Source of the DNA: Candidatus Pacearchaeota archaeon
GTDB lineage: Archaea > Nanobdellota > Nanobdellia > Pacearchaeales > GW2011-AR1
Assembly (NCBI GenBank): GCA_041659265.1
Contig: JBAZYP010000009.1
Span: 12,201 to 76,200 of the forward strand
DNA: 64,000 nucleotides
Direction: 5' to 3'
Shown here: positions 18,925 through 28,186 of the stretch, piece after piece
Layout of the letters: the number at the start of each line of letters is the position of its first letter
Numbering within the stretch: position 1 is the stretch's first letter
Notes under the pieces: model-generated
Seen by the model: only the letters and a program-made list of their open reading frames with translations
Told to the model about the DNA's origin: nothing
Database searches by the model: none
Program-made: the position numbers and the translations under genes

Positions 18925-19578
18925 ATGGTACATTTAGGATTAGGAGATTCTTATAGTTTATTTAGTCAGGCTATTAATCAAACAGAATTTTATTTAAATG
19001 ATATTTATGATCAATTTGGGAGATTAATGATAGATTCATTTGGAATAAATGATTCATCAAAAATTGATTTAAGATTAGGTTGTTTTTGGTTAGATGGATT
19101 TTACTCTCCAAATGGTCTTGGTGTTAATATGGATTATCTGGAAGAGAAAGTTAATTGTTGTGAGGATTGTTTTAATGAATGGCTGGATACAAGAGGATTT
19201 GTACTTGCTCATGAGATAGCACATCATTATCATTATTTAGTTAATCCCGATTTATTTCATGAAGATATACGAGATTTAAGGGATGTTGATTTTTATTCAG
19301 ATTTTTTAGCAGAATTAAGTGCGATGCATTTTTTTAATAAAATCGGTAAATTGAATAGTAGTATTTTAACATATTCTCAAATTGTAGATTATTCCTATTC
19401 ATCTTTTATGTATTTTAAGGATAATAAACTTGATTTAGATAAACAGATTTTTAATTTATCTAGATTTAATGAAAATGAAGCAAAATCATTTTTAAGAGAT
19501 TATGATCTTTCAAAGAAAATATTATGTTATATGGATAGAGATATTTTTTTAGGTATGTGTGTTCATGAAGAAATTTAA
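18925..19578 (+). CDS. hypothetical protein with HExxH zinc-metallopeptidase motif
   Basis: VLAHEIAHHYHYL is the only recognisable motif. No signal peptide. Confidence 0.45.
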   Translation: MVHLGLGDSYSLFSQAINQTEFYLNDIYDQFGRLMIDSFGINDSSKIDLRLGCFWLDGFYSPNGLGVNMDYLEEKVNCCEDCFNEWLDTRGFVLAHEIAHHYHYLVNPDLFHEDIRDLRDVDFYSDFLAELSAMHFFNKIGKLNSSILTYSQIVDYSYSSFMYFKDNKLDLDKQIFNLSRFNENEAKSFLRDYDLSKKILCYMDRDIFLGMCVHEEI

Positions 19579-20171
19579 TGTTTATCTTTATATCTGCCTC
19601 TTGATTCAATTGTTTTAATTCTCTTGATAATTTCAACTTTGTCTTTTGATGAGTATGAATCTAGTAGAATATTAAAAAATTCTTTATTAATTGTGAAATG
19701 TTTTGCATCTAAAGCTTGTTTTAATAAATGAAGGTCAACTGCTTTATCTTCAATTTTTTTTGAATGATAAGCTAAACCGAAATCAATAAGATAGACTAGA
19801 TTATTTTTTTCTATCATGTTACTTGTTGTTAAATCTCCATGGATAATATCTTTATCATGCATTTTTCCTATTGAATTTCCAAGTGATTTTGCAATCCTAA
19901 GATAATCTAATTTTTCTAGAGATTCTGAAAGTTTTTTTCCTTCAAGATATTCCATAATTATTTCATCTTCATTATTAGTCTTAATTATTTTTGGAACAGG
20001 AATGATTCCATTAAGTTTTTCTATAATTTTTGCTTCTGAACGAGTACGAGACTTTATTAATTTATTATCTATTTCATTAATACGATAAGATTTTTTTATT
20101 CTATTTTTTATTACTTGATTGTTATTTAATGTAATAAAAGCTTCTGCACCTTGAGAAATTTTCTTAATCAT
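19575..20171 (-). CDS. bud32: Bud32/PRPK-type atypical kinase (KEOPS subunit)
   Basis: QGAEAFI..., SRTRSEAKIIEKL, IIHGDLTTSNMI and LIDFGLA motifs. About 200 aa. Confidence 0.8.
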   Translation of the reverse strand: MIKKISQGAEAFITLNNNQVIKNRIKKSYRINEIDNKLIKSRTRSEAKIIEKLNGIIPVPKIIKTNNEDEIIMEYLEGKKLSESLEKLDYLRIAKSLGNSIGKMHDKDIIHGDLTTSNMIEKNNLVYLIDFGLAYHSKKIEDKAVDLHLLKQALDAKHFTINKEFFNILLDSYSSKDKVEIIKRIKTIESRGRYKDKH

Positions 20172-20542
20172 TTTATTAAAGAAGTATCTCCATTAAGTTC
20201 AATAACTCCTATGGCATTTAGTTCATCAGATGAATTAATTGGATTTTTGAATAACATGAAAATCTTTTTTTTCTGATTAAACGCCATACCAATTTCCATT
20301 ATAGAATTAAAACCAATATAATTTTCTATATTATTCTTCTTGTAGTTTGCAATAAGTATTGCATCAGACCACTTTAAGTTTTCATTAAAATCTAACATTG
20401 AATCTAGTTTGAAATTATTAGAGTTCTTATAATTGTTATCAGGTAATGGAATTTTAACAAGATGTCCTTGTTTTTCTAATTCTTTTTTTAGTTGCAGAAA
20501 ATTCTCATGAAAAGCCATCGAACCAATTATAGTTATCTTCAT
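20168..20542 (-). CDS. small Rossmann-like protein, nucleoside 2-deoxyribosyltransferase-like (tentative)
   Basis: MKITIIGSMAF..., SDAILIAN and MEIGMAF resemble that fold family. 4-nt overlap with bud32. Confidence 0.35.
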   Translation of the reverse strand: MKITIIGSMAFHENFLQLKKELEKQGHLVKIPLPDNNYKNSNNFKLDSMLDFNENLKWSDAILIANYKKNNIENYIGFNSIMEIGMAFNQKKKIFMLFKNPINSSDELNAIGVIELNGDTSLIK

Positions 20543-20550
20543 TTTAAAAT

Positions 20551-21927
20551 TTAAAACTTCATTCTTTTACCGAATTTTTTTGCTAGTTTTTGCATTTGCT
20601 TTTGAGATAAACCCTCTTTAGGATCTAGATTTGCTAAATCTCCTGAACCTGAAACCATGTCTTTTAATAATTTGTATTGCTTTATTAGTTGTCTAACATC
20701 TGTTGTTGTAGCTCCTGAACCTTTAGCTATACGACCTAGACGAGAAGTTTGTTTTTCTATAACTTCTGGATTTTCTATTTCTTCTTTTGTCATGGAATCT
20801 ATGATATGCTCCCATTTTTTTAGTTTTTCTTCTTGAATTCCTAACATATTATCTGGAATTTTTGCTTTACCTAAACCTGGAACCATTTCCATAATTTTTG
20901 AAAAACTTCCAATATTTTTCATTCCCTTTAATTGTTCTTGAAAATCACGTAAATCAAAATTACCTGATTCTAATTTATTTTTAATACGTTTTTGAGATTT
21001 TTCATCAAGAGCAGATTGAACTTTTTCCAAAAGTCCTTCTAAATCACCTAACCCTAATAATCTTGAAATAAATGCTTGTGGATTAAAGGTTTCAAAATCT
21101 GAAGGATTTTCTCCTGTACCAATAAAAAATACTGGAGCTTTAGTTTCATTACATGCTGTTAAAGCTCCTCCTGCTTTAGCAGTTGAATCCATTCTTGTAA
21201 TAATAACTCCATGTATGTTACAAGCTTTTTGAAATTCAGATGCTTGAACTTTAGCTGCTTGACCAATATCAGCTTGAATTACTAACAGAGTATAAGTTGG
21301 TTTAATTTCTTTACCTAATGTAGTAATTTCATCGACAAGTTCTTTATCTAGATTATGTCTGCCTGCTGTATCAATTATAACTAGGTCATAATCATCAAGT
21401 TCTTTAGAAAATTTTTTATATATTTTAAGAGCATTTTTTTCAGTCTTATCTGTTAATACTGGAATTTTTATTTTATTACCAAGTTGTTCTAATTGTTCTC
21501 TTGCTGCAGGCCTATGAACATCTAAACCCATCATAGCAACTTTAAAGCCCCTTTTAGAATAATAAGCTGCTAGTTTTGAGGAGGTAGTTGTTTTTCCTGC
21601 TCCATATAATCCTAAAAGCATTATTTTTGTGGTTTTTCCTTTTTCAATTTTTATTTCATATTTTTCTTTACCTAATAGATTTAAGATTTCATCATGTAAA
21701 ATTTTGGTTAAATGTTCTTTTCTTTCTATACCCTTGATTTTTTCGTTTTCTGCTTCTTTTTTAATTCTTTCACCAAGTTCTTTAACAAGGTAAACATTAA
21801 CATCTGCTTGAATTAATGCTCTTTGGAGATCTTTAACAAGGGTTTCTATTGTTTTTTTATCTAAAAACATAGCTCCAGCTATCTTGTCAAATCCTTTTTT
21901 AAAAGCTGAACCTAGTCCTTCTAACAT
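20551..21927 (-). CDS. srp54: signal recognition particle protein SRP54
   Basis: N domain, G domain (GLYGAGKTTT, DTAGRH, TRMD) and a C-terminal M domain. Confidence 0.9.
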   Translation of the reverse strand: MLEGLGSAFKKGFDKIAGAMFLDKKTIETLVKDLQRALIQADVNVYLVKELGERIKKEAENEKIKGIERKEHLTKILHDEILNLLGKEKYEIKIEKGKTTKIMLLGLYGAGKTTTSSKLAAYYSKRGFKVAMMGLDVHRPAAREQLEQLGNKIKIPVLTDKTEKNALKIYKKFSKELDDYDLVIIDTAGRHNLDKELVDEITTLGKEIKPTYTLLVIQADIGQAAKVQASEFQKACNIHGVIITRMDSTAKAGGALTACNETKAPVFFIGTGENPSDFETFNPQAFISRLLGLGDLEGLLEKVQSALDEKSQKRIKNKLESGNFDLRDFQEQLKGMKNIGSFSKIMEMVPGLGKAKIPDNMLGIQEEKLKKWEHIIDSMTKEEIENPEVIEKQTSRLGRIAKGSGATTTDVRQLIKQYKLLKDMVSGSGDLANLDPKEGLSQKQMQKLAKKFGKRMKF

Positions 21928-22090
21928 GGTTTATTTAATGTTTTTTGGGTTTATAGGAGTTTTGGTAGCCGAAAATACCCTTAAATTATTATCAAATTAT
22001 TTATCTAAATTATATTTAAATCAATTCTATCTATCAACAATATATTTATAAAACAGGATGTATATCAATAATTGTATTAAAAAGGGTGAT

Positions 22091-25000
22091 ATGATGAAGT
22101 TTAATAAAAATTTGAAGGTATTTTATATATTTTTAGTAGCAATTTTAATTATTCAAATTGTTTTAGCAGAAGAAATATTATTGACTGGATCAACGAATCC
22201 TGTTCTTGAAAATTCAAAAGTAGCTTATGTTTATAGAACGCCCTCTCAAATTGAACCAAATGTTGTTGAAGTGTTTAATTCATTAAATTTTTCTATTGAT
22301 TATATAATGGATTCAAGTTTTCCTATGGATTTATCTAAGTATAGGCTGATTTATATCGGGGATGAATATTTCACAAAAGATATACCAATAGATAAAACTA
22401 ATGTTATTGTAGCTAATCCTAATATTGGAAGTAAAGATGGTTTAACAAAAAATGGCGGAGTAAGTAAATTAACATCAACTAAACCTTTAAGAGTGGAAAT
22501 AAATGGAAAATATGTTCAAGTTTATGAATTAACTAAAGATAAAAAAGATATGTTTATTCCATATTATTTTTTGAATAATTTAATGAAATCTCCTACATTA
22601 AAGAAATATGCTGGAGCAGATACAATAAGTTCTGGTGAGAATTATGGAGATGTTATTGCTTATGCAAAACCTGGAGATGTTTTATTAAATGGAAAAATTT
22701 TACAAGGAAGATTATGTTTTTTTGGTATAAATCAAGCTGATTTTTGGACTAGTGAATCAAGACAATTATTTTTAGATTGTACTGGATATACTGCAACTGA
22801 ATGCAGAAAAGATTCTGATTGCGGGGCTTCTCAAACAAGTCAATCTTATTGCAAAGATGGAGATATTTACAAAGATATAAAGACTTATCAATGTTTAAAA
22901 CCAGGGAGTGTTCATTCTAAATGTGTTAGCAAATCAGTTTCAACAATTATTCAAAATTGTTTGAAAGGTTGCAAGACTGGAAGTTGTTTACCTGATTGCA
23001 CTAAAGATGCTGATTGCGGAAAAAATAAATTATGCCAAGCTAATAGTTGTGTTCAAATCGCATGTACAATAGACGCTGATTGTGGTAAAGATAAATTTGC
23101 TAATCAATTATTTTGTAAAGATGGAAATGTTTTTGATAAATATATTACTTATGATTGTATAAATCCTGGAACATTAACAAGCAAGTGTTCATCAACAACA
23201 AGCGATAAGCTTTTTGAAAAATGCTTTAAGGGATGTTCTAATGGGGATTGTGCTTCACAATGTACTAAGAATAGTGAATGTGGAATAGATGAATTTGTTG
23301 GAGAATCAATATGCAAGGATGGAAGTGTATTCCAGAATAAAAGAACATATATATGCAATTCTCCAGGAACAGCTGAATCAAAATGTTCAAATAGTATTGT
23401 TCTTCAAAAGAAAATAACTTGTTCTAATCAAGAAACTTGTTCAAAGGGCATTTGTGTTGATTTGGTTTGTTCTAATAATTTAGATTGTGATGATAAAAAT
23501 TCTACTACAGAAGATTTTTGCATTAATGCTGGAAAAGCAAACTCTGCTTGTGTTCATACTATAACTAATTATAAAAATATCAGCCAGATAAAATTTATTT
23601 TATTATATGCTTATGCTGGTTATAATTCTGTTACATTAAATTTTTCTGCTGTTTCAAAAGATAATACTTTAATAAATGGGTATTTATTAAGCAAGGACCA
23701 TAATAATTGGGTTAGACTTCCTGGAAGTTCAACTGGTTATGTATTTAGGGGTCTTAATCCATTAACAGATTATGTATTTTATGTTAAAGCTATTGATAGT
23801 TCAAATATAAGTTCAGATGAAATTAGTATTTATATGAAGACGCTTGCTAATCCTTATCAAAATAATACTAATAATGGCACGAATAACAATGGAACTAACA
23901 ATAATGGAACTAACAATCAAAATAATATTCCAACAATCTCATCATTAAAAGCAGTTGCTGGAACAAATTATGTAACTTTATTATATTCTGCTAATTCAGC
24001 AAATGGTTCAACAATAAAAAAATATCTTGTAAAAAAGAATAATGAAAATTGGATTGAAACAACAAAGAAAAATTATACTTATTCTTCTTTAGCATCTGAT
24101 ACTAGTTATACTTTTTATGTAAAAACTATGGATAGTTTAAATAGAACTTCTAAAGAATTAGCTATAACTATTAAGACAGCAAAAATTAGTGGAAATAATG
24201 GTACAAACAATAATAACACAAATAACAATGGAACTAACAATAATGGAACTAATAATTCTAATAATCTTCCAAGTGTTTCATCAGTTAGTGCAATTGTTAA
24301 ACCAACTAATGTAACTTTAATTTATTCTGCAACATCTAAACCCGGTTCAACAATAAAAAAGTATCTTGTAAAAAAGAATAATGAAAATTGGATTGAAACA
24401 ACAAAACTTAATTATACTTTTAGTTCATTAATTCCTGAAACAAATTATATCTTTTATATTAAAGTTGTAGATAGTTTAGATAGGGTATCAAAAGAATCAA
24501 ATATTAGTGTTAAAACCTTAAAATTAATGAATGATGGAGGCAATAATGGAACAAATTCTACAGGAAATAATACTAATAATCAAAATAATCAACCAAGTGT
24601 ATCTTCTTTAACAGCAATTGTAGGATATGATAATGTAACTTTAATTTATTCTGCAACATCTAAACCAGGTTCAACAATAACTAGTTATTATTTAAGAAGA
24701 AATAGTGGTGGATGGATGATAACAAATAAACCTAATTATACTTTTACTGGTTTAATGCCTGATACAAATTATGTATTTTTTATTAAAGTAAATGATAGTT
24801 TAAATAGAGTCTCAAAGGAAATTAATATTTCTGTAAAAACTGCAAAAAAGATAGAAACCGGGGGTTCTGATGGTGGATCTAATGGCGGTTCAGGAGGATC
24901 TGGAGGTTCTGGTGGCGGATCTGGAGGATCAGGCGGATCATCATCAATTTTAACTGGAAGTGGAAGTGGATTTTATCCAGGTCAACATTGTTTAACTATA

Positions 25001-25360
25001 TGGAATTGTAATGATTGGAGTAAATGCAGGGATAAAACTCAAACAAGAGAATGTATTTATCCTGCTAATTTTTGTGAACCTTATGACCCTAAACCAACTG
25101 AATCTAGAGTATGTATACCTGAAGAACCGATTCCAGACCAACAATTAGAAGAATTTAATTCAGAAGTAAATAAAGATACCCCTATTGTAAATGAGGTAAA
25201 AGAAAGTCCTTATTCTCCAATTACAGGAGCATTTATTGCAGCAACACTAGGAAAACATCCTTGGATATCATTATTAATTTTGGTTTTTGTTGGAATTGGA
25301 ATATATTATTATTATTCTGTAAGAACTAAGCCACTATTAAAAGCATTTTCTAAAAAGTAG
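22091..25360 (+). CDS. mosaic surface protein: N-domain, Cys-rich modules, four FN3-like repeats, Gly/Ser linker, Cys-containing stalk, C-terminal TM
   Basis: ATG 22091 (GGTGA upstream) gives MMKFNKNLKVFYIFLVAILIIQIVLA. The internal repeat structure can be read directly from the translation. C-terminal ITGAFIAATLGKHPWISLLILVFVGIGIYYYY plus a basic tail. Confidence 0.75.
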   Translation: MMKFNKNLKVFYIFLVAILIIQIVLAEEILLTGSTNPVLENSKVAYVYRTPSQIEPNVVEVFNSLNFSIDYIMDSSFPMDLSKYRLIYIGDEYFTKDIPIDKTNVIVANPNIGSKDGLTKNGGVSKLTSTKPLRVEINGKYVQVYELTKDKKDMFIPYYFLNNLMKSPTLKKYAGADTISSGENYGDVIAYAKPGDVLLNGKILQGRLCFFGINQADFWTSESRQLFLDCTGYTATECRKDSDCGASQTSQSYCKDGDIYKDIKTYQCLKPGSVHSKCVSKSVSTIIQNCLKGCKTGSCLPDCTKDADCGKNKLCQANSCVQIACTIDADCGKDKFANQLFCKDGNVFDKYITYDCINPGTLTSKCSSTTSDKLFEKCFKGCSNGDCASQCTKNSECGIDEFVGESICKDGSVFQNKRTYICNSPGTAESKCSNSIVLQKKITCSNQETCSKGICVDLVCSNNLDCDDKNSTTEDFCINAGKANSACVHTITNYKNISQIKFILLYAYAGYNSVTLNFSAVSKDNTLINGYLLSKDHNNWVRLPGSSTGYVFRGLNPLTDYVFYVKAIDSSNISSDEISIYMKTLANPYQNNTNNGTNNNGTNNNGTNNQNNIPTISSLKAVAGTNYVTLLYSANSANGSTIKKYLVKKNNENWIETTKKNYTYSSLASDTSYTFYVKTMDSLNRTSKELAITIKTAKISGNNGTNNNNTNNNGTNNNGTNNSNNLPSVSSVSAIVKPTNVTLIYSATSKPGSTIKKYLVKKNNENWIETTKLNYTFSSLIPETNYIFYIKVVDSLDRVSKESNISVKTLKLMNDGGNNGTNSTGNNTNNQNNQPSVSSLTAIVGYDNVTLIYSATSKPGSTITSYYLRRNSGGWMITNKPNYTFTGLMPDTNYVFFIKVNDSLNRVSKEINISVKTAKKIETGGSDGGSNGGSGGSGGSGGGSGGSGGSSSILTGSGSGFYPGQHCLTIWNCNDWSKCRDKTQTRECIYPANFCEPYDPKPTESRVCIPEEPIPDQQLEEFNSEVNKDTPIVNEVKESPYSPITGAFIAATLGKHPWISLLILVFVGIGIYYYYSVRTKPLLKAFSKK
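22796..23550 (+). repeat. tandem Cys-rich modules (about 65 aa, C-x(3)-D/E-C-G ... C-K-D-G ... Y-x-C ... K-C ... C-x-K-G-C-x-x-G-x-C)
   Basis: Modules begin CRKDSDCG, CTKDADCG (short), CTIDADCG, CTKNSECG and CSNNLDCD. The Cys spacing recurs. Confidence 0.7.
23573..24850 (+). repeat. four tandem FN3-like modules (~110 aa) separated by N/G/T-rich linkers
   Basis: The pattern ...VTL(I/L)YSA(T/N)S..GSTIKKYLVKKNNENWIETTK.NYT..SL...T.Y.FY(I/V)K..DSL.R.SKE recurs. Modules 2 and 3 share long near-identical nucleotide runs (e.g. 24012-24075 vs 24345-24410). Confidence 0.8.
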
Positions 25361-25391
25361 ATAAAAAATTTTATTATAAATAAAAATAATA

Positions 25392-26795
25392 TTATAATCC
25401 TAGGTTATTTATGAATTCGTTTTTATTAAATAATTTAATATCTTCATAATTTTGTCCAACTCCTAGATAAAAAATTGGTTTTTTTGTTATATGACTTACA
25501 GATAGGATTGTTCCACCTTTTTCATCAATATCTGCTTTACTTAATATACTTCCATCGATTCCAATCATTTCATTAAAGGTTCTAGCTTGTTCTGTAGCAT
25601 CATTTCCTGCAATAGATTCTGCAACAAATATCTTTAAATCAGGTTTAGTTACTCTGCATATTTTTTCCATTTCTGCTAATAAGTTTGTTTTTGTATGCAT
25701 TCTTCCTGCTGTATCTATTAAAACTACGTTAATTTTATGTTTTTTTGCATAACTTATAGCATCAAAACCTACTGCAGAAGGATCTGCATTATAATCATGT
25801 TTTATTAAAGGAACATCAAGTCTTTTTGCATGTTCGGAAATTTGTTCAATTGAAGCAGCTCTAAACGTATCTCCTGCAGCTAGAACCACGCTTAAATTAT
25901 TTTTTTTAAGAAGAGAAGTTAATTTTGCTATTGATGTTGTTTTTCCTGTTCCATTAATTCCAAAAAAAAGAATTACAAATGGAGATTCTTTTTTGTTTTT
26001 AATTATTTTTAATGGGTCTATTGGTTCAATTATTAATTCTTCTAAAGAAGATTTTAATTCTTTTTTAATAACCTCTTCTAAATCTTCTTTTTTAATTTCT
26101 TTACCTATCAGTCTTTTTGATAAAAGTTTTTTTAAATCTTCAACAACTTCCAGGGCTACATTATTTTCTAATAATAACATTTCCAAATCATCAAATAATG
26201 AATCAAAATCTTCTTCATTTATTTTATAAGTGAATGCGGATTTAATCCTTGTTAGGAAAGAGGTTTTTTCAATGGGTTTTTCTTCAATAACAATTTCTTC
26301 TTTTTCTTCTGAAATTTCTTTTTCTTCAATAATTGGGTCTGCAACTTCTTCTTCATCTTTTTTTCCTAATAGTCTTGAAAAAAATCCTTTTTTCTTTTTT
26401 TCAGATTTATCAATTAGTTCTGTTTTAACAACATCCTCCTCAATTTCTTCAATTATTTTTTCTTTTTCAACAACTTCTTCTGGAATTCCTTCAACTATAT
26501 CTTCTTCAATTTCTATAGCTTTACCTATTTCCTTAGTGATTTTTGGGATTTCTATAATTTTTTTATCTTTAGTCTTTTTAATAGGTATTTCCTTCTTTTT
26601 TTCAATAATATCTTTTTTAGAGTCTTTTTTTCCCTTTACAACTTTTTCTACTTTATTTGGTTTAGTAGATTTAGAAATCTTTTCTTCCTTTTTCTTTTTA
26701 GGTTTCTCAACTTTTTCAACAGGTTCTTCAACTTTTAATTTGTCTTTTGTACCACTAACCCAGTCTTTAAGCTTATTTTTTAGGAATCCAAACAT
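25392..26795 (-). CDS. ftsY: signal recognition particle receptor FtsY
   Basis: ATG at 26795 gives MFGFLKNKLKDW, so the track start 26972 is probably too long. K/E-rich A-region, then an NG domain (FFGINGTGKTTS, DTAGRMH). Confidence 0.9.
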   Translation of the reverse strand: MFGFLKNKLKDWVSGTKDKLKVEEPVEKVEKPKKKKEEKISKSTKPNKVEKVVKGKKDSKKDIIEKKKEIPIKKTKDKKIIEIPKITKEIGKAIEIEEDIVEGIPEEVVEKEKIIEEIEEDVVKTELIDKSEKKKKGFFSRLLGKKDEEEVADPIIEEKEISEEKEEIVIEEKPIEKTSFLTRIKSAFTYKINEEDFDSLFDDLEMLLLENNVALEVVEDLKKLLSKRLIGKEIKKEDLEEVIKKELKSSLEELIIEPIDPLKIIKNKKESPFVILFFGINGTGKTTSIAKLTSLLKKNNLSVVLAAGDTFRAASIEQISEHAKRLDVPLIKHDYNADPSAVGFDAISYAKKHKINVVLIDTAGRMHTKTNLLAEMEKICRVTKPDLKIFVAESIAGNDATEQARTFNEMIGIDGSILSKADIDEKGGTILSVSHITKKPIFYLGVGQNYEDIKLFNKNEFINNLGL

Positions 26796-26861
26796 TATAA
26801 TAATAAAAAATAAGGGTTTATAATCATTAAGGTTTATATATAAAATAGGTTTTATATTAAA

Positions 26862-27440
26862 ATGGGTGATTATCATATCTATCTTTTTAGGCATGGGCAG
26901 ACTTTTTACAATAAAAACAAAGTTTTTACTGGATGGAAAGATTCTAAATTGACTCCTGAAGGAATAAAACAAGCTAAAAATCTCGGAGAATTATTAAGGA
27001 ATAAAAAAATTGATATTGCTTATAAAAGCCCTTTATCTAGATCAAAAGATACCTTAAAAGAGGTTATTAAGTTTCATCCTGAATGCAAGAATATTTTTAC
27101 TGATAAAAGGATAATCGAAAGAAGTTATGGAAGCCTTGCAGGTAAAACTCATAATGAAGTACTTATAAAATTAGGTCAAGAACAATTTGATAAATGGCAT
27201 AGGGGGTTTAATGATAGGCCTCCTAAGGGTGAGTCTTTTAAAGATGTTGAAAAAAGGGTTAAACCATTTATTAATGATTTAATAAAGAAGATAAAGAAGG
27301 AAAAAGTTAATGTTGCAATATCGGCTCATGGTAATTCAATAAGATTATTTAGGAAAATAATGGAGAAAGCTTCTATTAAAGAATGTGTAACTTGGAAAAT
27401 TCCTTATGATGAATATTTTCATTATGTAATTAAATCCTAA
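26862..27440 (+). CDS. histidine phosphatase superfamily protein (phosphoglycerate mutase-like)
   Basis: LFRHGQTFYN (RHG motif), SPLSRS and AISAHGNSIR motifs. Confidence 0.75.
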   Translation: MGDYHIYLFRHGQTFYNKNKVFTGWKDSKLTPEGIKQAKNLGELLRNKKIDIAYKSPLSRSKDTLKEVIKFHPECKNIFTDKRIIERSYGSLAGKTHNEVLIKLGQEQFDKWHRGFNDRPPKGESFKDVEKRVKPFINDLIKKIKKEKVNVAISAHGNSIRLFRKIMEKASIKECVTWKIPYDEYFHYVIKS

Positions 27441-27538
27441 CTTTATAACTTGTTTAAATCATAATAAAGATTATAAAGTCAAATCTATTTTGTAGTTTAC
27501 CCTTAAAAGAGCTTAAATATATCTAAAAAGGAGATTTT

Positions 27539-28105
27539 ATGATAACTTATAATGAACTATATGATGCACTAAGAAAAGAGAGATATAGTGAACCGCTACA
27601 ACAATTAACTAAAAATTTTGTTAAGGAATTTGCTATTTATCTAAAAGAAAAGAAAGAAATTTTGGATACAAAGGATGATGATTTTTCTGATTCTATAATG
27701 AAAACCAAGAAACAGGTTGAAAATTCTGTTGCAATATTTAGGGAACTTATCTTAAGAAGAAAAAAGAAAATACTTGAATTAGCGTTTGTTGCTGCTGAAA
27801 CTGGAATATCAAAAAGAGATTTTGAAAATATGCTTAGTTTTGAAAAAGAATCTTTTGAAGGGATAATGAAATTATTAGAAAAAAGTGATAAGAAGATTTC
27901 TGAAATGCTTAAAGGTGTTAGTCAAGATAGTGAAGATAAGCCTAAAAATAAGATGATTGTTTTTATTACAGATACAGAGGAGTTTTTAGATCTTGAAGGA
28001 AATAAATTAGGTCCTTTTAAAAAAGGGGATGTTGCTAATATTTCTGAAGAAATAGCTAATATATTAATAATTGATAAAAAAGCAGAAGCTATCTCTGAAG
28101 AGTAA
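27539..28105 (+). CDS. GINS subunit-like protein (Gins51 type)
   Basis: N-terminus ITYNELYDALRKERYSEPLQQLTKNFVKEF and C-terminal LGPFKKGDVANISEEIANILI match the archaeal GINS A and B domain patterns. AGGAG lies upstream. Confidence 0.55.
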   Translation: MITYNELYDALRKERYSEPLQQLTKNFVKEFAIYLKEKKEILDTKDDDFSDSIMKTKKQVENSVAIFRELILRRKKKILELAFVAAETGISKRDFENMLSFEKESFEGIMKLLEKSDKKISEMLKGVSQDSEDKPKNKMIVFITDTEEFLDLEGNKLGPFKKGDVANISEEIANILIIDKKAEAISEE

Positions 28106-28186
28106 GTAAAGATTAAAACAAATATAAAAAATTAGCATATAATCATAAAAACAAATATTTTTTAACTCAAGAATCTTATCTATAAT

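Noticed and set aside
23573-24850. Diversity-generating retroelement (TR/VR pair) as an explanation for the near-identical FN3 repeat units
   Set aside because: No reverse transcriptase gene lies in the window. Differences between repeat units include all substitution types and indels rather than adenine-specific changes. These are ordinary tandem domain duplications.
26230-26823. 197-aa plus-strand ORF (and 25993..26229) rich in Ser/Phe/Ile
   Set aside because: It lies antisense to the K/E-rich A-region and NG domain of ftsY. The low-complexity translation is the mirror of a Lys/Glu-rich coding strand, with no start context or motif.
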